Assembly (NCBI GenBank): GCA_022707965.1
Contig: JAKIZO010000005.1
Span: 687-64,686, forward strand
DNA from: Bacteroidota bacterium
Lineage (GTDB): Bacteria; Bacteroidota; Ignavibacteria; Kapaibacteriales; UBA2268
DNA length: 64,000 nucleotides
Direction: 5' to 3'
The position numbers and the translations under genes were made by a program. Shown one piece after another: positions 31,012 to 42,653 of the stretch (its first letter is position 1; each line of letters opens with the position of its first letter). The notes under the pieces are model-generated. The model had not been told where the DNA came from and did no database searches. It saw only the letters and a list, made by a program, of their open reading frames with translations.

Positions 31012-32247
31012 TTACCAGGGAAGTATTTTGTTCAGTGCGGTATCGGTAAGACGAACAATTCCGCGACGTGCCGACATCGCAAAAATTATGCTACCATCGC
31101 CCGTAACAGCAGGCACAGTGTAGAAAGTATCGATTTCGTTCAGCGAGCGGTCCTCAATCAATCTACCATTGTCGTTATCAAGGAAAAATATTCCTGCGCC
31201 GTTCGGATTTGTCCCGACAACTGCTGATTTTGCCTTGCCAACAATTAGGGGAGAGGTAGCAGAAATAGAAAGGAAAATTCTCCAATTTTGCTTGCCCGTC
31301 CGACTAAACGAAAATACGCCGCTCATTGTTTCGCCAACACCTGTATTATAGCCGATTACATAAGCATTTTGCTCGTTTGCCGATAAATATCTTGGAAATA
31401 CTGGAAGCTCCTGCCTCCATTTCTCGAACCCTCGCTTATCGAAGCAAATTAGCAGCGAACCGCTTTTATCCGCATTTTGCATAAAACCGATAAGATAAAC
31501 GTTGTCGCCGCTTACAACCGGATTTCTGATTATTCTTACAAAATCAATCGGTTTGTTGTAAAGCTCTTTTCCATTTTTATCTATTTTTACTAAATTATCT
31601 GTATCGCCGAATGTGTTTTTTGTCAGCACAAAATATATGTTTCCGTTTTCGTCCGCAGCAAAAGCCCTCGAAATCGCTGTATTATACTGTTTTTGAAATA
31701 TCAATTTCCCATCGAACGACACTTTAATCAATTTCCCGCTTGTTGTGCCTATTAGTACTCCGTCATTGGTCGCAAGCACATCAGAAAACATTTCGAACGG
31801 GTCGAATTCATCAGAAAACTTGTATTCCCAGCGTTTTTCCCCGTGATTGTTGAATGAATACAATATCGGTTTTAGCGAAACAAAATATATGTTTTGTTCG
31901 TGGTCGGCAGCGGGGCGGGTCGAAACCGGTGTGCTATCGGGCACCATAAAAGTAGATTTCAGAATATCTTTCGAGATAAATGAAATTGTTCCGTCGGCGC
32001 TAATCAGATAATAATCATTGTTGCCAACAACAAGCGGTTCAATCTGGCTTCCTGCTGTCAAAGACGTGTCCGACCGACCGTCGAACCTCTTTGCTTCCAG
32101 AACGTTTATGGAAAATTTTTTGTAGTTTGAATAGTCATTCGAGCGAGTGAAACTTCCCCCCGCGTTGAACACGCCTTCTTTAAATGGATTGCCGCAAGAT
32201 GAGACGATTACAGAAATCCAGAATAATAATATCAGGCTTTTTTTCAT
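31012..32247 (-). CDS. Lipoprotein, PQQ-like beta-propeller repeat protein
   Basis: The signal peptide has a lipobox (IVSSCG). Repeated ...G.IYFV... / ...DG.LIF... blade-like segments are present. Confidence 0.6.
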   Translation of the reverse strand: MKKSLILLFWISVIVSSCGNPFKEGVFNAGGSFTRSNDYSNYKKFSINVLEAKRFDGRSDTSLTAGSQIEPLVVGNNDYYLISADGTISFISKDILKSTFMVPDSTPVSTRPAADHEQNIYFVSLKPILYSFNNHGEKRWEYKFSDEFDPFEMFSDVLATNDGVLIGTTSGKLIKVSFDGKLIFQKQYNTAISRAFAADENGNIYFVLTKNTFGDTDNLVKIDKNGKELYNKPIDFVRIIRNPVVSGDNVYLIGFMQNADKSGSLLICFDKRGFEKWRQELPVFPRYLSANEQNAYVIGYNTGVGETMSGVFSFSRTGKQNWRIFLSISATSPLIVGKAKSAVVGTNPNGAGIFFLDNDNGRLIEDRSLNEIDTFYTVPAVTGDGSIIFAMSARRGIVRLTDTALNKILPW

Positions 32248-32343
32248 TTTAGACTTTCTCGTATGAATTTAAAGTATAAAAATATAAACGAATTTGTTCA
32301 AATGCAAGAAAAAATGAGAGAACTTGTGTTTATTACTTAGCAA

Positions 32344-32375
32344 TAAAAAAAAGAGACGCAGCATCTGCGTCTCTT
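32344..32375 (-). terminator. Rho-independent terminator of the ferredoxin gene
   Basis: Stem AGAGACGCAG (32352-32361) pairs with CTGCGTCTCT (32365-32374). The A-run at 32345-32351 reads as a T-run on the minus strand, 20 nt past the stop. Confidence 0.75.
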
Positions 32376-32394
32376 TATAACAAAAACCTGCCTA

Positions 32395-32600
<206 letters not shown>

Positions 32601-32730
32601 AATTAAGTAGAATTAGTTTTACAAAATTTCGTATTTAGTTTAAACTAAATAACTTACGTTATTTTGTTTACAACTACAAATTTAATTAAAAAAATCATTC
32701 TACCAAAAAATATATAAATTTTCTTTTAGA

Positions 32731-33066
32731 AGAATGTCTATGCTATTGCTTAATAATAAACCTTCCGAAGGTTTTAAACCTTCGTAAGGTTCTAAGCTTG
32801 GGAAATTAGAAAGAGCCTGATAAAACGAAATTCAATTTCACTGCTTTTGTATTGCACAGATAGGAATGTCAATGCTACCGCTGTATAATAAAAAACCTTC
32901 GGAAGGTTTCAAACCTTCCGAAGGTTCAAAGTTTGGTAAATTAGCAACAATCTGATAAAACGAAATTCAATTTCACTGCTTTTGTATTGCACAGACAAGA
33001 ATGTCTATGCTACCGCTTATTAATAAACCTTCCGAAGGTGTCCGCCCTTCCGAAGGTTCTAATACT
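32731..33066. repeat. Tandem repeat, about 2.5 copies of a 132-135 bp unit, each with a pair of AACCTTCSGAAGGTT palindromes
   Basis: Unit anchors GAATGTC lie at 32732, 32864 and 32999. A 44-nt block is identical at 32817-32860 and 32952-32995. Palindromes lie at 32761-71, 32779-89, 32896-906, 32914-24, 33028-38 and 33046-56. Confidence 0.9.
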
Positions 33067-33084
33067 TTATATCAAACAATTATC

Positions 33085-33702
33085 TTATTTTTCTTCTTCG
33101 TTTTGCTCGCCATCTTTGTTTGGCATCAAGATTTTGTCTATTATTCCGTATTCGAGAGCTTCTTCGGGCGTCATATAATAATCGCGGTCAGCATCTTTGC
33201 GGATTTTTTCGACATCTTTGCCCGTGTGTTTGGCTATAATGTTATACAAATTATCGCGCATTCGGATAATCTCACGAGTGTAAATTTCAATGTCCACCGA
33301 TTGACCTTGCGTCCCGCCTGATGGCTGATGCATTAAAATGCGAGAATTTGGCAGAGCATAGCGTTTGCCTTTTGTCCCGGCGCATAGAAGCACCTGAGCC
33401 ATAGACGCACACATCCCAATTGCGATTGTTGTTATATCCGGCTTTATATATTGCATAGTGTCGTATATTGCAAGACCAGCACTGACGCTTCCGCCCGGTG
33501 AATTAATATATAAATGAATGTCTTTTTTGGGGTCTTCGCTTGCAAGGAAAAGCAATTGCGCTATCACAAGCTCAGAAATGTGGTCATCGATTGGTCCGCC
33601 AAGAAAAATAATCCTGTCTTTGAGCAGCCTTGAATAAATATCATAAGAACGTTCGCCACGACTTGTTTGTTCGATTACAATTGGCACTAATTGGTCATTC
33701 AT
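33085..33702 (-). CDS. clpP: ATP-dependent Clp protease proteolytic subunit
   Basis: [45 protein letters not shown] (catalytic Ser context) and MHQP. Confidence 0.97.
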   Translation of the reverse strand: MNDQLVPIVIEQTSRGERSYDIYSRLLKDRIIFLGGPIDDHISELVIAQLLFLASEDPKKDIHLYINSPGGSVSAGLAIYDTMQYIKPDITTIAIGMCASMAQVLLCAGTKGKRYALPNSRILMHQPSGGTQGQSVDIEIYTREIIRMRDNLYNIIAKHTGKDVEKIRKDADRDYYMTPEEALEYGIIDKILMPNKDGEQNEEEK

Positions 33703-33765
33703 ATTCTTCCTATTAATAAATTATACAGTAATATTGAGCAATGACGAACAAAGTTTGAAACAATT

Positions 33766-36102
33766 TCATTCTGCTTTTTCAAGCTCTACAAAAAAAGTGG
33801 AACCTAAGTTCGGTTGGCTTTCCACCCAGATGCGTCCCTTGTGGTAATCAATAAATTCCTTGCAAAGCAGCAGCCCCAAGCCCGTGCTCGATTCTTCCTC
33901 TGTCCCTGTGCGAGACACTTTTTCGGCAGGATTGAACAACTTGCTTTTGAGCTCGTCATCCATTCCAATTCCATAATCTTTGATTGAAACAATATATTTA
34001 TTCTCGAACTCTGATAGTCTTACTTCAACTTTTTCGCCTCGGAACGAAAATTTGAGTGCATTCGATATCAAGTTGCGGAATATTGTATTTAGCATCTGTA
34101 AATCTGCAAAAACATACGCATCATTTTCGATTTCCAAATTCAAAGCGACTTCTTTCAATTTATAACTATTTATCAGCAAATCTGCAACGTTTTTCAGTAC
34201 TAAGCGAATGTTTAGCCGCTCGGGATTGAACTGCTTCTTTCCTCTTTGCACTCGCGACCATTCAAGCAGGTTTTCGAGCAATTCAAGAATATGAGAAGCA
34301 GATTTATGCATATTCTCTGTGTATTCTTGCAACTCAGTTAGCGTCAGTTCGTTTAGGTTCTCAGAGAACATTTTAGACATACCGACAAATGCAGAAATAG
34401 GTCCTTTCAGATCGTGAGCAATAATAGAGAACAGCCTATCCTTCTGGTCTATTATTTCTTTCAGTTTTTCGCGACTTTCGAGTATTTCGTTTTCGTATTT
34501 TTTCTTCTCAGTGATGTCTGTTACTGCACCTATTTGATAGATTACATCCGGTTCGTCAGGCTTCACAAAAGGTTTAATGTGGTCTAATATCCAGCGTGTT
34601 TCGCCGGATTTACTCATTATTCTATATTCAGCTTTAATTTCCTCTAAATTACGTAATCGAGGTATATAGTCTTCATTAAATTTCTTGAAGTCTTCGGGGT
34701 GAATAATCTTTAATATTGTTTCGTATGCTTCTTTATAATGATTTAATTTATAGCCGGTAATTTTTTCAAATCCACCCAGCAACCATAATACATCAATTTT
34801 GTCGCCGGGATAGCCCTTTACTAAATAAACATAGTCGGTAATCATTTCTGAAATCATTTTGTAGCGTTCGTTTGTTTCGCTGAGCATTTGCTCGAATTCT
34901 TTCTTCTCGGTGATATCGCGTCCTACAACTACCAATCCTTTTCGTTCACCATTTTCGATAATTGGAATTTTAATAACATCAAAAATTCTATTTCCACCGT
35001 CGGGCGTGGGTATTATTTCGTCTCCACGCGAGGGTTTGCCCGCTTGCCAGGCTAATTCATCGGAGTGTATACAAAATTCAAGTGCTTCTTCATAGAATGT
35101 CGTATACTTGGCAAGCTCGGCATCAGTTTTTCCTCTGTAATCGACGTTTTCTAATCCGAAAAGCTTCAAATTAAAATCATTTGTAATTATCCAGCGACCT
35201 TCGCCATCTTTGAAAGTGATTATATCAGGAATAGTATTAATCAATGTACGTAAACGAAGCTCACTTTCCTGCAATGCGTTCTCTATAATCATCTTTTCTG
35301 TTACATCTTCAATAAGAGTTGCAAACTGCAACCTGCGCGGCGAAAAAGCAATTACCTTGAAGTATTTATCTAATTCCTGGGAGTAGTTTGTAAATTTTTC
35401 CACTGTCGAATTAAGTGCTACATCACCGTACTTCTCTATCCAGTAAAATTCAGTGTCGGGAAGCACTTCTTTCACTCGCTTGCCAATAATCTTTTCCTTT
35501 TTCAAACCTGTGAGCCTTTCGAAAGCAGAATTTACATCAAGAAATACATAATCAACGGGATTGCCCTTGTCGTCCAGAATAATTTCGTGCAGAGCCAATC
35601 CCTCCTCCATTTTTTCTATGAGTTCACGGTACTTTTCTTCGCTTTCACGAAGACGCATTTCGGCAATTTTTCGCTCTGTTATGTCTTCAATTGTGCCTTC
35701 GTAATACAATTCTCCATCTTCATCAAGCACCTTCTTACCTATATCTCTAACCCATATAATCGACCCATCTTTGCGAACAAACCTATATTCTTCTGCAATC
35801 ATATCGGTTGTCCCGAATTGAGCAGTTTGCGCTACTCTCAGCTCAGGGACAGCATAAAGGCTAAAAGCATTAACTTTGCTTAGTTCTTCAAACGATTCAT
35901 ATCCTGCAAGTTTTACCAGCGCTTTGTTAGCATAAATTATTGTTCCATCTGGCTTCGACTTGTATATTCCAACAGGCAAATCATCTAAAGATAAATGAAC
36001 CTCTGCAGAATTATTTGAGGAAAATATATTATTGTCATCACCTTCAATGTTTTTTCGAAGGGTTTTATTTGATTTATTTGTATGTCCTTTCTGAATTTTC
36101 AT
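33766..36102 (-). CDS. Multi-PAS sensor histidine kinase
   Basis: Several PAS-like segments (...DITERK / DITEKK boundaries), HisKA FSIIAHDLKGP, and HATPase N/G boxes (NLISNALKF, GTGLGL). Confidence 0.88.
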   Translation of the reverse strand: MKIQKGHTNKSNKTLRKNIEGDDNNIFSSNNSAEVHLSLDDLPVGIYKSKPDGTIIYANKALVKLAGYESFEELSKVNAFSLYAVPELRVAQTAQFGTTDMIAEEYRFVRKDGSIIWVRDIGKKVLDEDGELYYEGTIEDITERKIAEMRLRESEEKYRELIEKMEEGLALHEIILDDKGNPVDYVFLDVNSAFERLTGLKKEKIIGKRVKEVLPDTEFYWIEKYGDVALNSTVEKFTNYSQELDKYFKVIAFSPRRLQFATLIEDVTEKMIIENALQESELRLRTLINTIPDIITFKDGEGRWIITNDFNLKLFGLENVDYRGKTDAELAKYTTFYEEALEFCIHSDELAWQAGKPSRGDEIIPTPDGGNRIFDVIKIPIIENGERKGLVVVGRDITEKKEFEQMLSETNERYKMISEMITDYVYLVKGYPGDKIDVLWLLGGFEKITGYKLNHYKEAYETILKIIHPEDFKKFNEDYIPRLRNLEEIKAEYRIMSKSGETRWILDHIKPFVKPDEPDVIYQIGAVTDITEKKKYENEILESREKLKEIIDQKDRLFSIIAHDLKGPISAFVGMSKMFSENLNELTLTELQEYTENMHKSASHILELLENLLEWSRVQRGKKQFNPERLNIRLVLKNVADLLINSYKLKEVALNLEIENDAYVFADLQMLNTIFRNLISNALKFSFRGEKVEVRLSEFENKYIVSIKDYGIGMDDELKSKLFNPAEKVSRTGTEEESSTGLGLLLCKEFIDYHKGRIWVESQPNLGSTFFVELEKAE

Positions 36103-36211
36103 TTTTAGGACTTAGAATATTATTTTCTCAATATAATTATTAATAAATTAATACATAATTAAAAATATGTTAATATATTTTAATGTAATTAGAAATAATT
36201 ATGAAAATAAT

Positions 36212-37621
36212 CTAATTGGTATTGTTGAATAAGTGAGTTAAGTTAATTGAACTTACAACAACTGATTCGATTTTTCCCCCTTCTTGTTTTACGGGGTCTA
36301 TGAAAAAAATAAATTTTTCGAAATGTCCATCAGTTGCTGGAATTTCTAATTCCACTTGCGAATTTTCGCCTGCAAATGCCTTTATCAACTTCTCAAATAA
36401 CAAATCTTTCAGATGTGCGGGACATATTTCGTAGATTTTTTTTCTTATATCTAACTCATAACCGAAAAATTTCTTGATATCTTTTTCAAAACTTGTATTG
36501 TATGCGATAATATTATAATTTGTGTCAATCAGGACAAATGATTGCCGTGTGTTGTTCAATATTGCGTTGAGTGTTTGCTCCGAACGAGCAAGAGCATCTT
36601 GCTTCTGCTGCAAAGTCCTTTGCGTTTCCTTTCGCTTCGTAATGTTAATTAAAGAGCAAATAATGAAATTTTCCTGATTAAGTCTGAATTTTCTTGAAAA
36701 GAGTTCAATAGTGAATTCTTTACCATCTTTTTTTCTCTCGTTAGACTCAGTGAAAAAATCATAGTTTAATATGTTTGTTGAATAATTATCAAATAATTTT
36801 TCTAACAGTTCACTGCTCAACAATAATTCAGCTTTCCTGCCAATTAATTCACTTTTACTATACCCGAACATTTTGCAAGCGCTCTGATTTATAGCTACAA
36901 CTGTTGCGTTTATGTCGAGTATGATAATTCCTTCCACCACCGATTCGAAAATCATCTGATATTGCTGCATACTTATTTCAGTTTGCATCTGTGCTAATTT
37001 CAAATCAGTAATGTCGCGAGCAATTCCATCAATTTGGTAAATTATTCCGTTTTTGTCGATTTTTCTTGTTAATTTATCTAAAATATATCTGATTTGACCA
37101 TCAATCCTATTTATCCTATAAACTACTTCAACTTGTGGTGTGTCCTCCAATCTTGCAATTGCGTTGAAAAAAATATTCCTATCGTCGGGGTGAATTAGCC
37201 CAAACCATAAATTCGGCATATTGCTTAAATTCTCTATTTCAACGCCATATACTTTTTCGACAGCCTTGTTTACATACAGCATCTTTATAATCGGATACGA
37301 GACAGACCACACAATATCATCGATAAAATATAAGATTTCATTCAGATGTTCCTCTTTCGAGCGTAGCTCTTTCTCGATTTTCTCTAACTCAGATTCTTTT
37401 TCGTATAATTTTTGGGTTATTTTGTCGATTTTTTCCTGTGTTTTATCAATAGTCTCGTTTAGAATTGCAACGCTCTCGAAATACGAAAAGTCGCTATCAT
37501 AAGCAAGAGAGGATTTCTCTACTCTATACATTAGGGCGGCAATAATCTTCTCCGATTGCTTCAATTTTTGTTGTAGTTCAGCAATTGATTGAGAAATCTC
37601 TTTATTTTGGTTGCCTTGCAT
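36212..37621 (-). CDS. PAS-domain protein without a kinase domain (N-terminal coiled coil plus 3 PAS)
   Basis: PAS boundary motifs (ARDITDLK, INITKRK) are present. No H-box and no ATPase boxes are seen. Confidence 0.7.
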   Translation of the reverse strand: MQGNQNKEISQSIAELQQKLKQSEKIIAALMYRVEKSSLAYDSDFSYFESVAILNETIDKTQEKIDKITQKLYEKESELEKIEKELRSKEEHLNEILYFIDDIVWSVSYPIIKMLYVNKAVEKVYGVEIENLSNMPNLWFGLIHPDDRNIFFNAIARLEDTPQVEVVYRINRIDGQIRYILDKLTRKIDKNGIIYQIDGIARDITDLKLAQMQTEISMQQYQMIFESVVEGIIILDINATVVAINQSACKMFGYSKSELIGRKAELLLSSELLEKLFDNYSTNILNYDFFTESNERKKDGKEFTIELFSRKFRLNQENFIICSLINITKRKETQRTLQQKQDALARSEQTLNAILNNTRQSFVLIDTNYNIIAYNTSFEKDIKKFFGYELDIRKKIYEICPAHLKDLLFEKLIKAFAGENSQVELEIPATDGHFEKFIFFIDPVKQEGGKIESVVVSSINLTHLFNNTN

Positions 37622-37628
37622 TTATAAA

Positions 37629-38891
37629 TTAATCCTCTGCTGGAATATCCACATAAAAGGTGGTGCCTTCATTCAACTTGCTCTCGACTGAAATTTTCCC
37701 GCCCATCTTTTCGATAAAATCACGGCAAATGACAATACCTAAACCCGTGCCTTTTTCTTTTTCAGTGCCTGGTGTCGATTGAACCTTTTCGAGCGAAAAT
37801 AGCTGCGATATTTTATCTTCGTTCATTCCAACCCCTGTGTCTGAAACAGATAAGCGAACGAACGGCTTGCCCTGAATTGTTGTTTGCTCCGAATTAAGTG
37901 AAACTTTCCCACCCTTGTGAGTGAATTTTATTGCATTGGAAATAAGGTTTCTCACTATTGTCGCCATCATATTGTTGTCGAAAAATGCGTAAGTGCCAAT
38001 TGGAACATTATTTTCAATTGTAATATTTTTCAATTCTGCTTGCTGATTTAGTGTTAATAAAGTCCCCGCAATTATTGAGGATAAATCTTCTTTCTCTATG
38101 TTCATCTGAATTCTTCCCATTTGCGAGCGCGACCATTCGAGCAAATCCTCAATGAACTTATATGTTTGCTGTGCAGTTTTATTCAGCGAACGAAGCATAT
38201 CAACCAGCTCGTCTTTGCTAAATTCATCAATGTGGTGATTTAATATGTCTGTCATTGTCAATATCCCCGCAAAGGGGCTTCTCAAATCGTGCGAAACAAT
38301 AGAGAAGAATTTATCCTTCATTTCATTGAGTTTTTGCAGTTCTTCATTGCTTTTCCGCAAGAAAGTCTCATTTTGAATAAGTTGAAGATATAATTTATTC
38401 AAATTCTGAGCTTGATGTTCTAAATCGCTATATGCTTTGGTAAGCTGCTCGTTTTTTTTGATTAACTCGCTGTATTGCTGCTTTATCGTATCTTTTGAGT
38501 TTTTCAGTTCGAGGTGTGTTTTGATTCTTGCCATCACTTCAAGTGCATTGAAAGGCTTTGTAACGTAGTCGACGCCACCAATTTCAAAAGCTTTCAATAA
38601 GTCTTCGGTCTCCGTCTTTGCAGTAAGGAAAATTATCGGTATTTCACGAGTTCTCTTATCATTTTTTAATGCTTCGCATACCTCAAACCCCGACATTTCG
38701 GGCATCATTATATCCAGGAGAATTAAATCTGGCATTTTGCCAAGAGCTGTTTCTATCGCTTTCGGTCCGTTATCTGCAATTAGCAAATTATAATGTTCTC
38801 GCAATAAAGTCCCTATTAAACGAATATTCTGCGGCTGGTCGTCCACCACAAGTATTGTGTTCTTTTTCGTATTCTGCGAAGAATTATCCAT
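37629..38891 (-). CDS. Response-regulator receiver domain fused to a histidine kinase (REC-HisKA-HATPase)
   Basis: REC: ILVVDDQP...DLILLDIMMP...TAK. H-box FSIVSHDLRSP; ATPase boxes NLISNAIKF and GTGLGI. Confidence 0.88.
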   Translation of the reverse strand: MDNSSQNTKKNTILVVDDQPQNIRLIGTLLREHYNLLIADNGPKAIETALGKMPDLILLDIMMPEMSGFEVCEALKNDKRTREIPIIFLTAKTETEDLLKAFEIGGVDYVTKPFNALEVMARIKTHLELKNSKDTIKQQYSELIKKNEQLTKAYSDLEHQAQNLNKLYLQLIQNETFLRKSNEELQKLNEMKDKFFSIVSHDLRSPFAGILTMTDILNHHIDEFSKDELVDMLRSLNKTAQQTYKFIEDLLEWSRSQMGRIQMNIEKEDLSSIIAGTLLTLNQQAELKNITIENNVPIGTYAFFDNNMMATIVRNLISNAIKFTHKGGKVSLNSEQTTIQGKPFVRLSVSDTGVGMNEDKISQLFSLEKVQSTPGTEKEKGTGLGIVICRDFIEKMGGKISVESKLNEGTTFYVDIPAED

Positions 38892-38903
38892 ACTCTCACC
38901 AAT

Positions 38904-41900
38904 CTATTTAATTTTGTTTTGAATTTCGCTGAATGCTTTCGATAGTTTTTCAATTTCGAAATTTTCAAAATAGCTATTCAAAACATTGTAAACGTTAATT
39001 AATTTTTCATTATTGTTTGTTTCAGCAAATTGTCTTAATCTATTTATAAAATCTTCGGCTTCCTGCAAATCAGTATATTTCACTAAATTTTCAATTTGAT
39101 TTGCAAATAAATTAGAAAATTCTTTTAAAATATCCGAATTAATTGAATTTAATAATTCATTAATACTACTTTCAGCAATTACTTCTGCTTGTTCGTCTTC
39201 TTTATCGCTTGCAATGAAATCAAGATGCCGCACAAGTTCGGAGATAATTTCATTGCGGTTGGCTGGTTTACGCAGAAATCCATTGAAGATATTATTAATT
39301 CTTACCTCATCTTCTTTCATCGATGACGCTGTAAACGCAATAATAGGTATGTTCTTCAACCCAAGCTCGTCGCGAATAATATTTCGCGTCTGGTAGCCAC
39401 TCATTTCGGGCATTCGCAAATCCATCATTATAATATTTGGCTGAATAGTGCGAAGCAATTCAATTGCTTTTCGCCCACTATTCGCCTCCAAAATATTAAT
39501 ATTTGTGTCTTCAAGATATGCCCGAACAATATCTATATTTTGCTGTATGTCATCAACAATTAGAAGCTTTGCCCCTTTGAAGTCAACAATTTTGTTCGAC
39601 CAGTCAATTTGTTCGCTCGCCTTTTTGATTTCATCAAGTCGCTGAACGTTGTATAGATAAACAGTGAATGTAGAACCCCTCCCAAGCTCGCTCTCTACCG
39701 TGATTTCCCCACCCATCATTCTCACCAAGCGGCTCGATATTGCAAGCCCAAGTCCTGTGCCACCAAAGTGCTTCACACTAACAGTGCTTGCCTGACGAAA
39801 CGATTCGAAAATTAAATCTTTGTCCTCTGGTGCAATTCCAATTCCCGTGTCTTTTACGTCTATTTTCAAATTGTAATGCTGATTATCCACTTTCTGGTGA
39901 GTAAGTGATATATACACACCACCTTCTTTTGTGAATTTGATTGCGTTCCCTACTAAATTAATCAGCACCTGCAGAATTCTTACCTCATCAAGGAATAGAT
40001 TATCAGGTGGATTTTCCTGCATTTCGAGCTTGAATTCTAACTTTCGCTGGTTTGCCTGCTCGAAGAAAATCTGATATATATCGTTTAGAGTTTCTGCGAT
40101 ATTAACGGGTTCGGGTTGAAGTTCGATTCGCCCTGCCTCGATTTTTGATAAATCAAGTATGTCGTTGATTAAGGCAAGAAGCGTTCTGCCACTTTTCTGA
40201 ATTGTTTCAAGATAGCCCCGAAACGGTTGCTCCCTAATAGATTTCAGCATTATATCCGAAAAACCTAATATTGCATTCATCGGTGTCCGAATTTCGTGGC
40301 TCATATTTGCCAAAAATTCCGACTTTGCACGATTAGCTTGGTCTGCTATTTGCTTTTGTTTGATAATTTCAAGCTCAAATTTATTCCTTGCTATTGCACC
40401 TGCAATTATCTCTGCCGCAAGCCTGAAAAGAGACACTGTATCATAATCCCATTCTCGTTCTTCAGTCAAAGTATCAAATACAATAAAGCCTATTAATTCA
40501 TTCCCATAAAACATGGGAACACTGAGCAAAGAAACTATTTTAATCTCCAACAGGATTGCTTTTTCTTCTAAATCATCTGGTAAATTCGCGACTCTCTTAA
40601 TCTGAACAAAATCATTGTTCTTAAAAAGCTCTATCCAGCGTTGTATTGTTCGATACCTTATTAAACTAATTTTTTCTATCTCCTTTGGAACATTTTCCGA
40701 TATCCAGCTATAGGTATTCTCGATATGTTGGCTCGACTCGTGTAATGAAAAAATATATACTCTATCTGCTTCAGAAAATCGACCCAAAATTTCGAGTGCA
40801 AACACAATCCCATTATGCAAATTTTCTGTTGTTGATTGAATTAATACCGACGAAAGCTCATTTATTATAGAGTTTAATCGATACATTCCTTCTAACTTCT
40901 TTTCCGCTAACTTATTCTCAGTAATGTCGCGTACAATTGCCATTACTAAATTGTTCCCGAATGGGCTTATCCTCACTTCGTAGTATTTATACACATTTCT
41001 GTAATTAATATCGAACTCGTAGTGTTGCAATTCATCTGTTTTTATGGCTTTTTCAAGATAATAGTTTAGATTATTGGCAATTTCTTCGCTTAGCACCTCA
41101 CTAATTTTTTTCCCGATAAAGAACCTTGGTGGAATAAGCAATTGCTCGGGGTTTGAAGTATGATAATCGATAAATCTTCCCTCTCGCGAAAGAATAAACA
41201 CAAGGTCGGGCGACGAATCGAGCAATGCACGGTTGCGTGCCTCGCTTTCGCGCAATGCTTCGTTTGCTAATTTGCTTTCTGTTATGTCCAGAGCAAGACC
41301 AAGCACACCGATAATTTTCCCTTCTTCGTCCGTCATTCGTGATTTTACTATTTGCAGGTAGTGCTTTGTCCCATCATTGAAAGTAACCTCCTCGACAAAT
41401 TCAATCGGTGTGTTCGAATTGATTGCCTGACGGTCGGTTTCTTGCAATTGTTTTAGCTCCTCTTCTGTAAACGACAACCCATCTGCATCTCTTGTGCTTA
41501 TTCGCATAAGCATATTTTCGAAAATAGTATTGCTTTCGGTGTCGTTCAGCCAGATGAATATTGGAGCATTGTCCAATATCGATTCAATTAATTTCTTTTG
41601 CCGATTTAAATCAATTTCCGCAAGTTTTTTCTCTGTAATATCACGATTCGAAATTCTTCGTCCAAGAAAATTGCCTTGTTCGTCGAAAATTGGTCTATTT
41701 ATATGCTGGATATATCTAATTTCGCCGTCCTTGCGTTTTATGCGAAATTCGAGTTCTACTGTTCGGGTTTCTGCCCGAAAATCCATCACCCCCGAAAAGA
41801 ACTCATAATCATCGGGATGAACTATGTTGTAAATTAAATCAGGGTTGGTAATAAATTCATCGGGCAAATATCCCGTAATTCGTTCGCAGGATGGCGAAAT

Positions 41901-42653
41901 ATACACAAATCTGTTTTCGGGGTCGAGCCAGTATTCCCAGTCGTATGTGTAATCTGCAAGTGTTCGGAACTTCCGCTCGCTGCTCAATAGCTTCAATTCC
42001 GCTTCTCTTTGATATGTGATGTCTGAGGCAATTCCGTCTAATCTATGTCTATTTTCCTCTTCATCAAATGACATTCGGAAGCGATTTCTAATCCAGCATA
42101 TTTTGCCGCTTGGCAAAAATACTCTATATGTAATTTCTTGCGGGGTACCGTCCTTTGCCAGCTCAATTTTCCGCTCAAATTCTGCTCTATCCTCGGGGTG
42201 GATTATATCCAGCCATAGTTGTGGGTATTTCCTGAAATCTTCTGCGGGAAATTCAAAGATTTTTTCTATACTCTGGTTAGTAAATAGCAAATCTAATTCG
42301 GGAAAAGAAGCCGACCAAACTACATCATCAAGTGAATTAATAACGGCATATAATCTCTCTTCGCTTGCTTTTAAGCTTCTTTCGTAGGACTTTTTCTCCT
42401 CTGCAAAATGAGAAAGCTCGGAATAAATTGATTGAAATTCCAGATTCTTCTTTTCTAAAATTTCGTTAAGCAAAGCATTTGTCTCGAACAATCCATAATC
42501 ATTTTCATCAATTGAATGACTTCTTTCGATACGCTCAATTAATGCTTTCTGTATTTTTCTTGCTTTGCTTAGCTCATTTTCGAGATTTCTAATTTTTATA
42601 AGAAGCTCGTCAATATTGCCGTTGCTATTCTCCATAAGTTTTTCATAAATCAA
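38904..42653 (-). CDS. Large hybrid sensor histidine kinase / response regulator (coiled coil, multiple PAS, GAF-like, HisKA, HATPase, REC, C-terminal helical tail)
   Basis: H-box [14 protein letters not shown]; N and G boxes [16 protein letters not shown] and GTGLGL; [13 protein letters not shown]...[13 protein letters not shown]...TAS. Confidence 0.88.
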   Translation of the reverse strand: MIYEKLMENSNGNIDELLIKIRNLENELSKARKIQKALIERIERSHSIDENDYGLFETNALLNEILEKKNLEFQSIYSELSHFAEEKKSYERSLKASEERLYAVINSLDDVVWSASFPELDLLFTNQSIEKIFEFPAEDFRKYPQLWLDIIHPEDRAEFERKIELAKDGTPQEITYRVFLPSGKICWIRNRFRMSFDEEENRHRLDGIASDITYQREAELKLLSSERKFRTLADYTYDWEYWLDPENRFVYISPSCERITGYLPDEFITNPDLIYNIVHPDDYEFFSGVMDFRAETRTVELEFRIKRKDGEIRYIQHINRPIFDEQGNFLGRRISNRDITEKKLAEIDLNRQKKLIESILDNAPIFIWLNDTESNTIFENMLMRISTRDADGLSFTEEELKQLQETDRQAINSNTPIEFVEEVTFNDGTKHYLQIVKSRMTDEEGKIIGVLGLALDITESKLANEALRESEARNRALLDSSPDLVFILSREGRFIDYHTSNPEQLLIPPRFFIGKKISEVLSEEIANNLNYYLEKAIKTDELQHYEFDINYRNVYKYYEVRISPFGNNLVMAIVRDITENKLAEKKLEGMYRLNSIINELSSVLIQSTTENLHNGIVFALEILGRFSEADRVYIFSLHESSQHIENTYSWISENVPKEIEKISLIRYRTIQRWIELFKNNDFVQIKRVANLPDDLEEKAILLEIKIVSLLSVPMFYGNELIGFIVFDTLTEEREWDYDTVSLFRLAAEIIAGAIARNKFELEIIKQKQIADQANRAKSEFLANMSHEIRTPMNAILGFSDIMLKSIREQPFRGYLETIQKSGRTLLALINDILDLSKIEAGRIELQPEPVNIAETLNDIYQIFFEQANQRKLEFKLEMQENPPDNLFLDEVRILQVLINLVGNAIKFTKEGGVYISLTHQKVDNQHYNLKIDVKDTGIGIAPEDKDLIFESFRQASTVSVKHFGGTGLGLAISSRLVRMMGGEITVESELGRGSTFTVYLYNVQRLDEIKKASEQIDWSNKIVDFKGAKLLIVDDIQQNIDIVRAYLEDTNINILEANSGRKAIELLRTIQPNIIMMDLRMPEMSGYQTRNIIRDELGLKNIPIIAFTASSMKEDEVRINNIFNGFLRKPANRNEIISELVRHLDFIASDKEDEQAEVIAESSINELLNSINSDILKEFSNLFANQIENLVKYTDLQEAEDFINRLRQFAETNNNEKLINVYNVLNSYFENFEIEKLSKAFSEIQNKIK

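Noticed and set aside
32601-32700. TAAATTTG (Bacteroidetes-type -7 TAnnTTTG) motif upstream of the ferredoxin gene on the minus strand
   Set aside because: It is a single short match in very AT-rich DNA, and the taxonomic affiliation is unknown. It cannot be told apart from chance.
32731-33066. Possible CRISPR array for the orphan type III locus
   Set aside because: The repeat unit is 132-135 bp with no unique spacers between short direct repeats. The conserved parts are long blocks plus internal palindromes, which is not CRISPR architecture.
33001-33321. 106-aa ORF (and 32987-33178) starting in repeat copy 3
   Set aside because: Beyond about 20 codons it runs antisense through the clpP 3' end. 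It is low-complexity and hydrophobic, consistent with a shadow ORF. Only the short conserved N-terminal peptide is kept as a question under the repeat finding.
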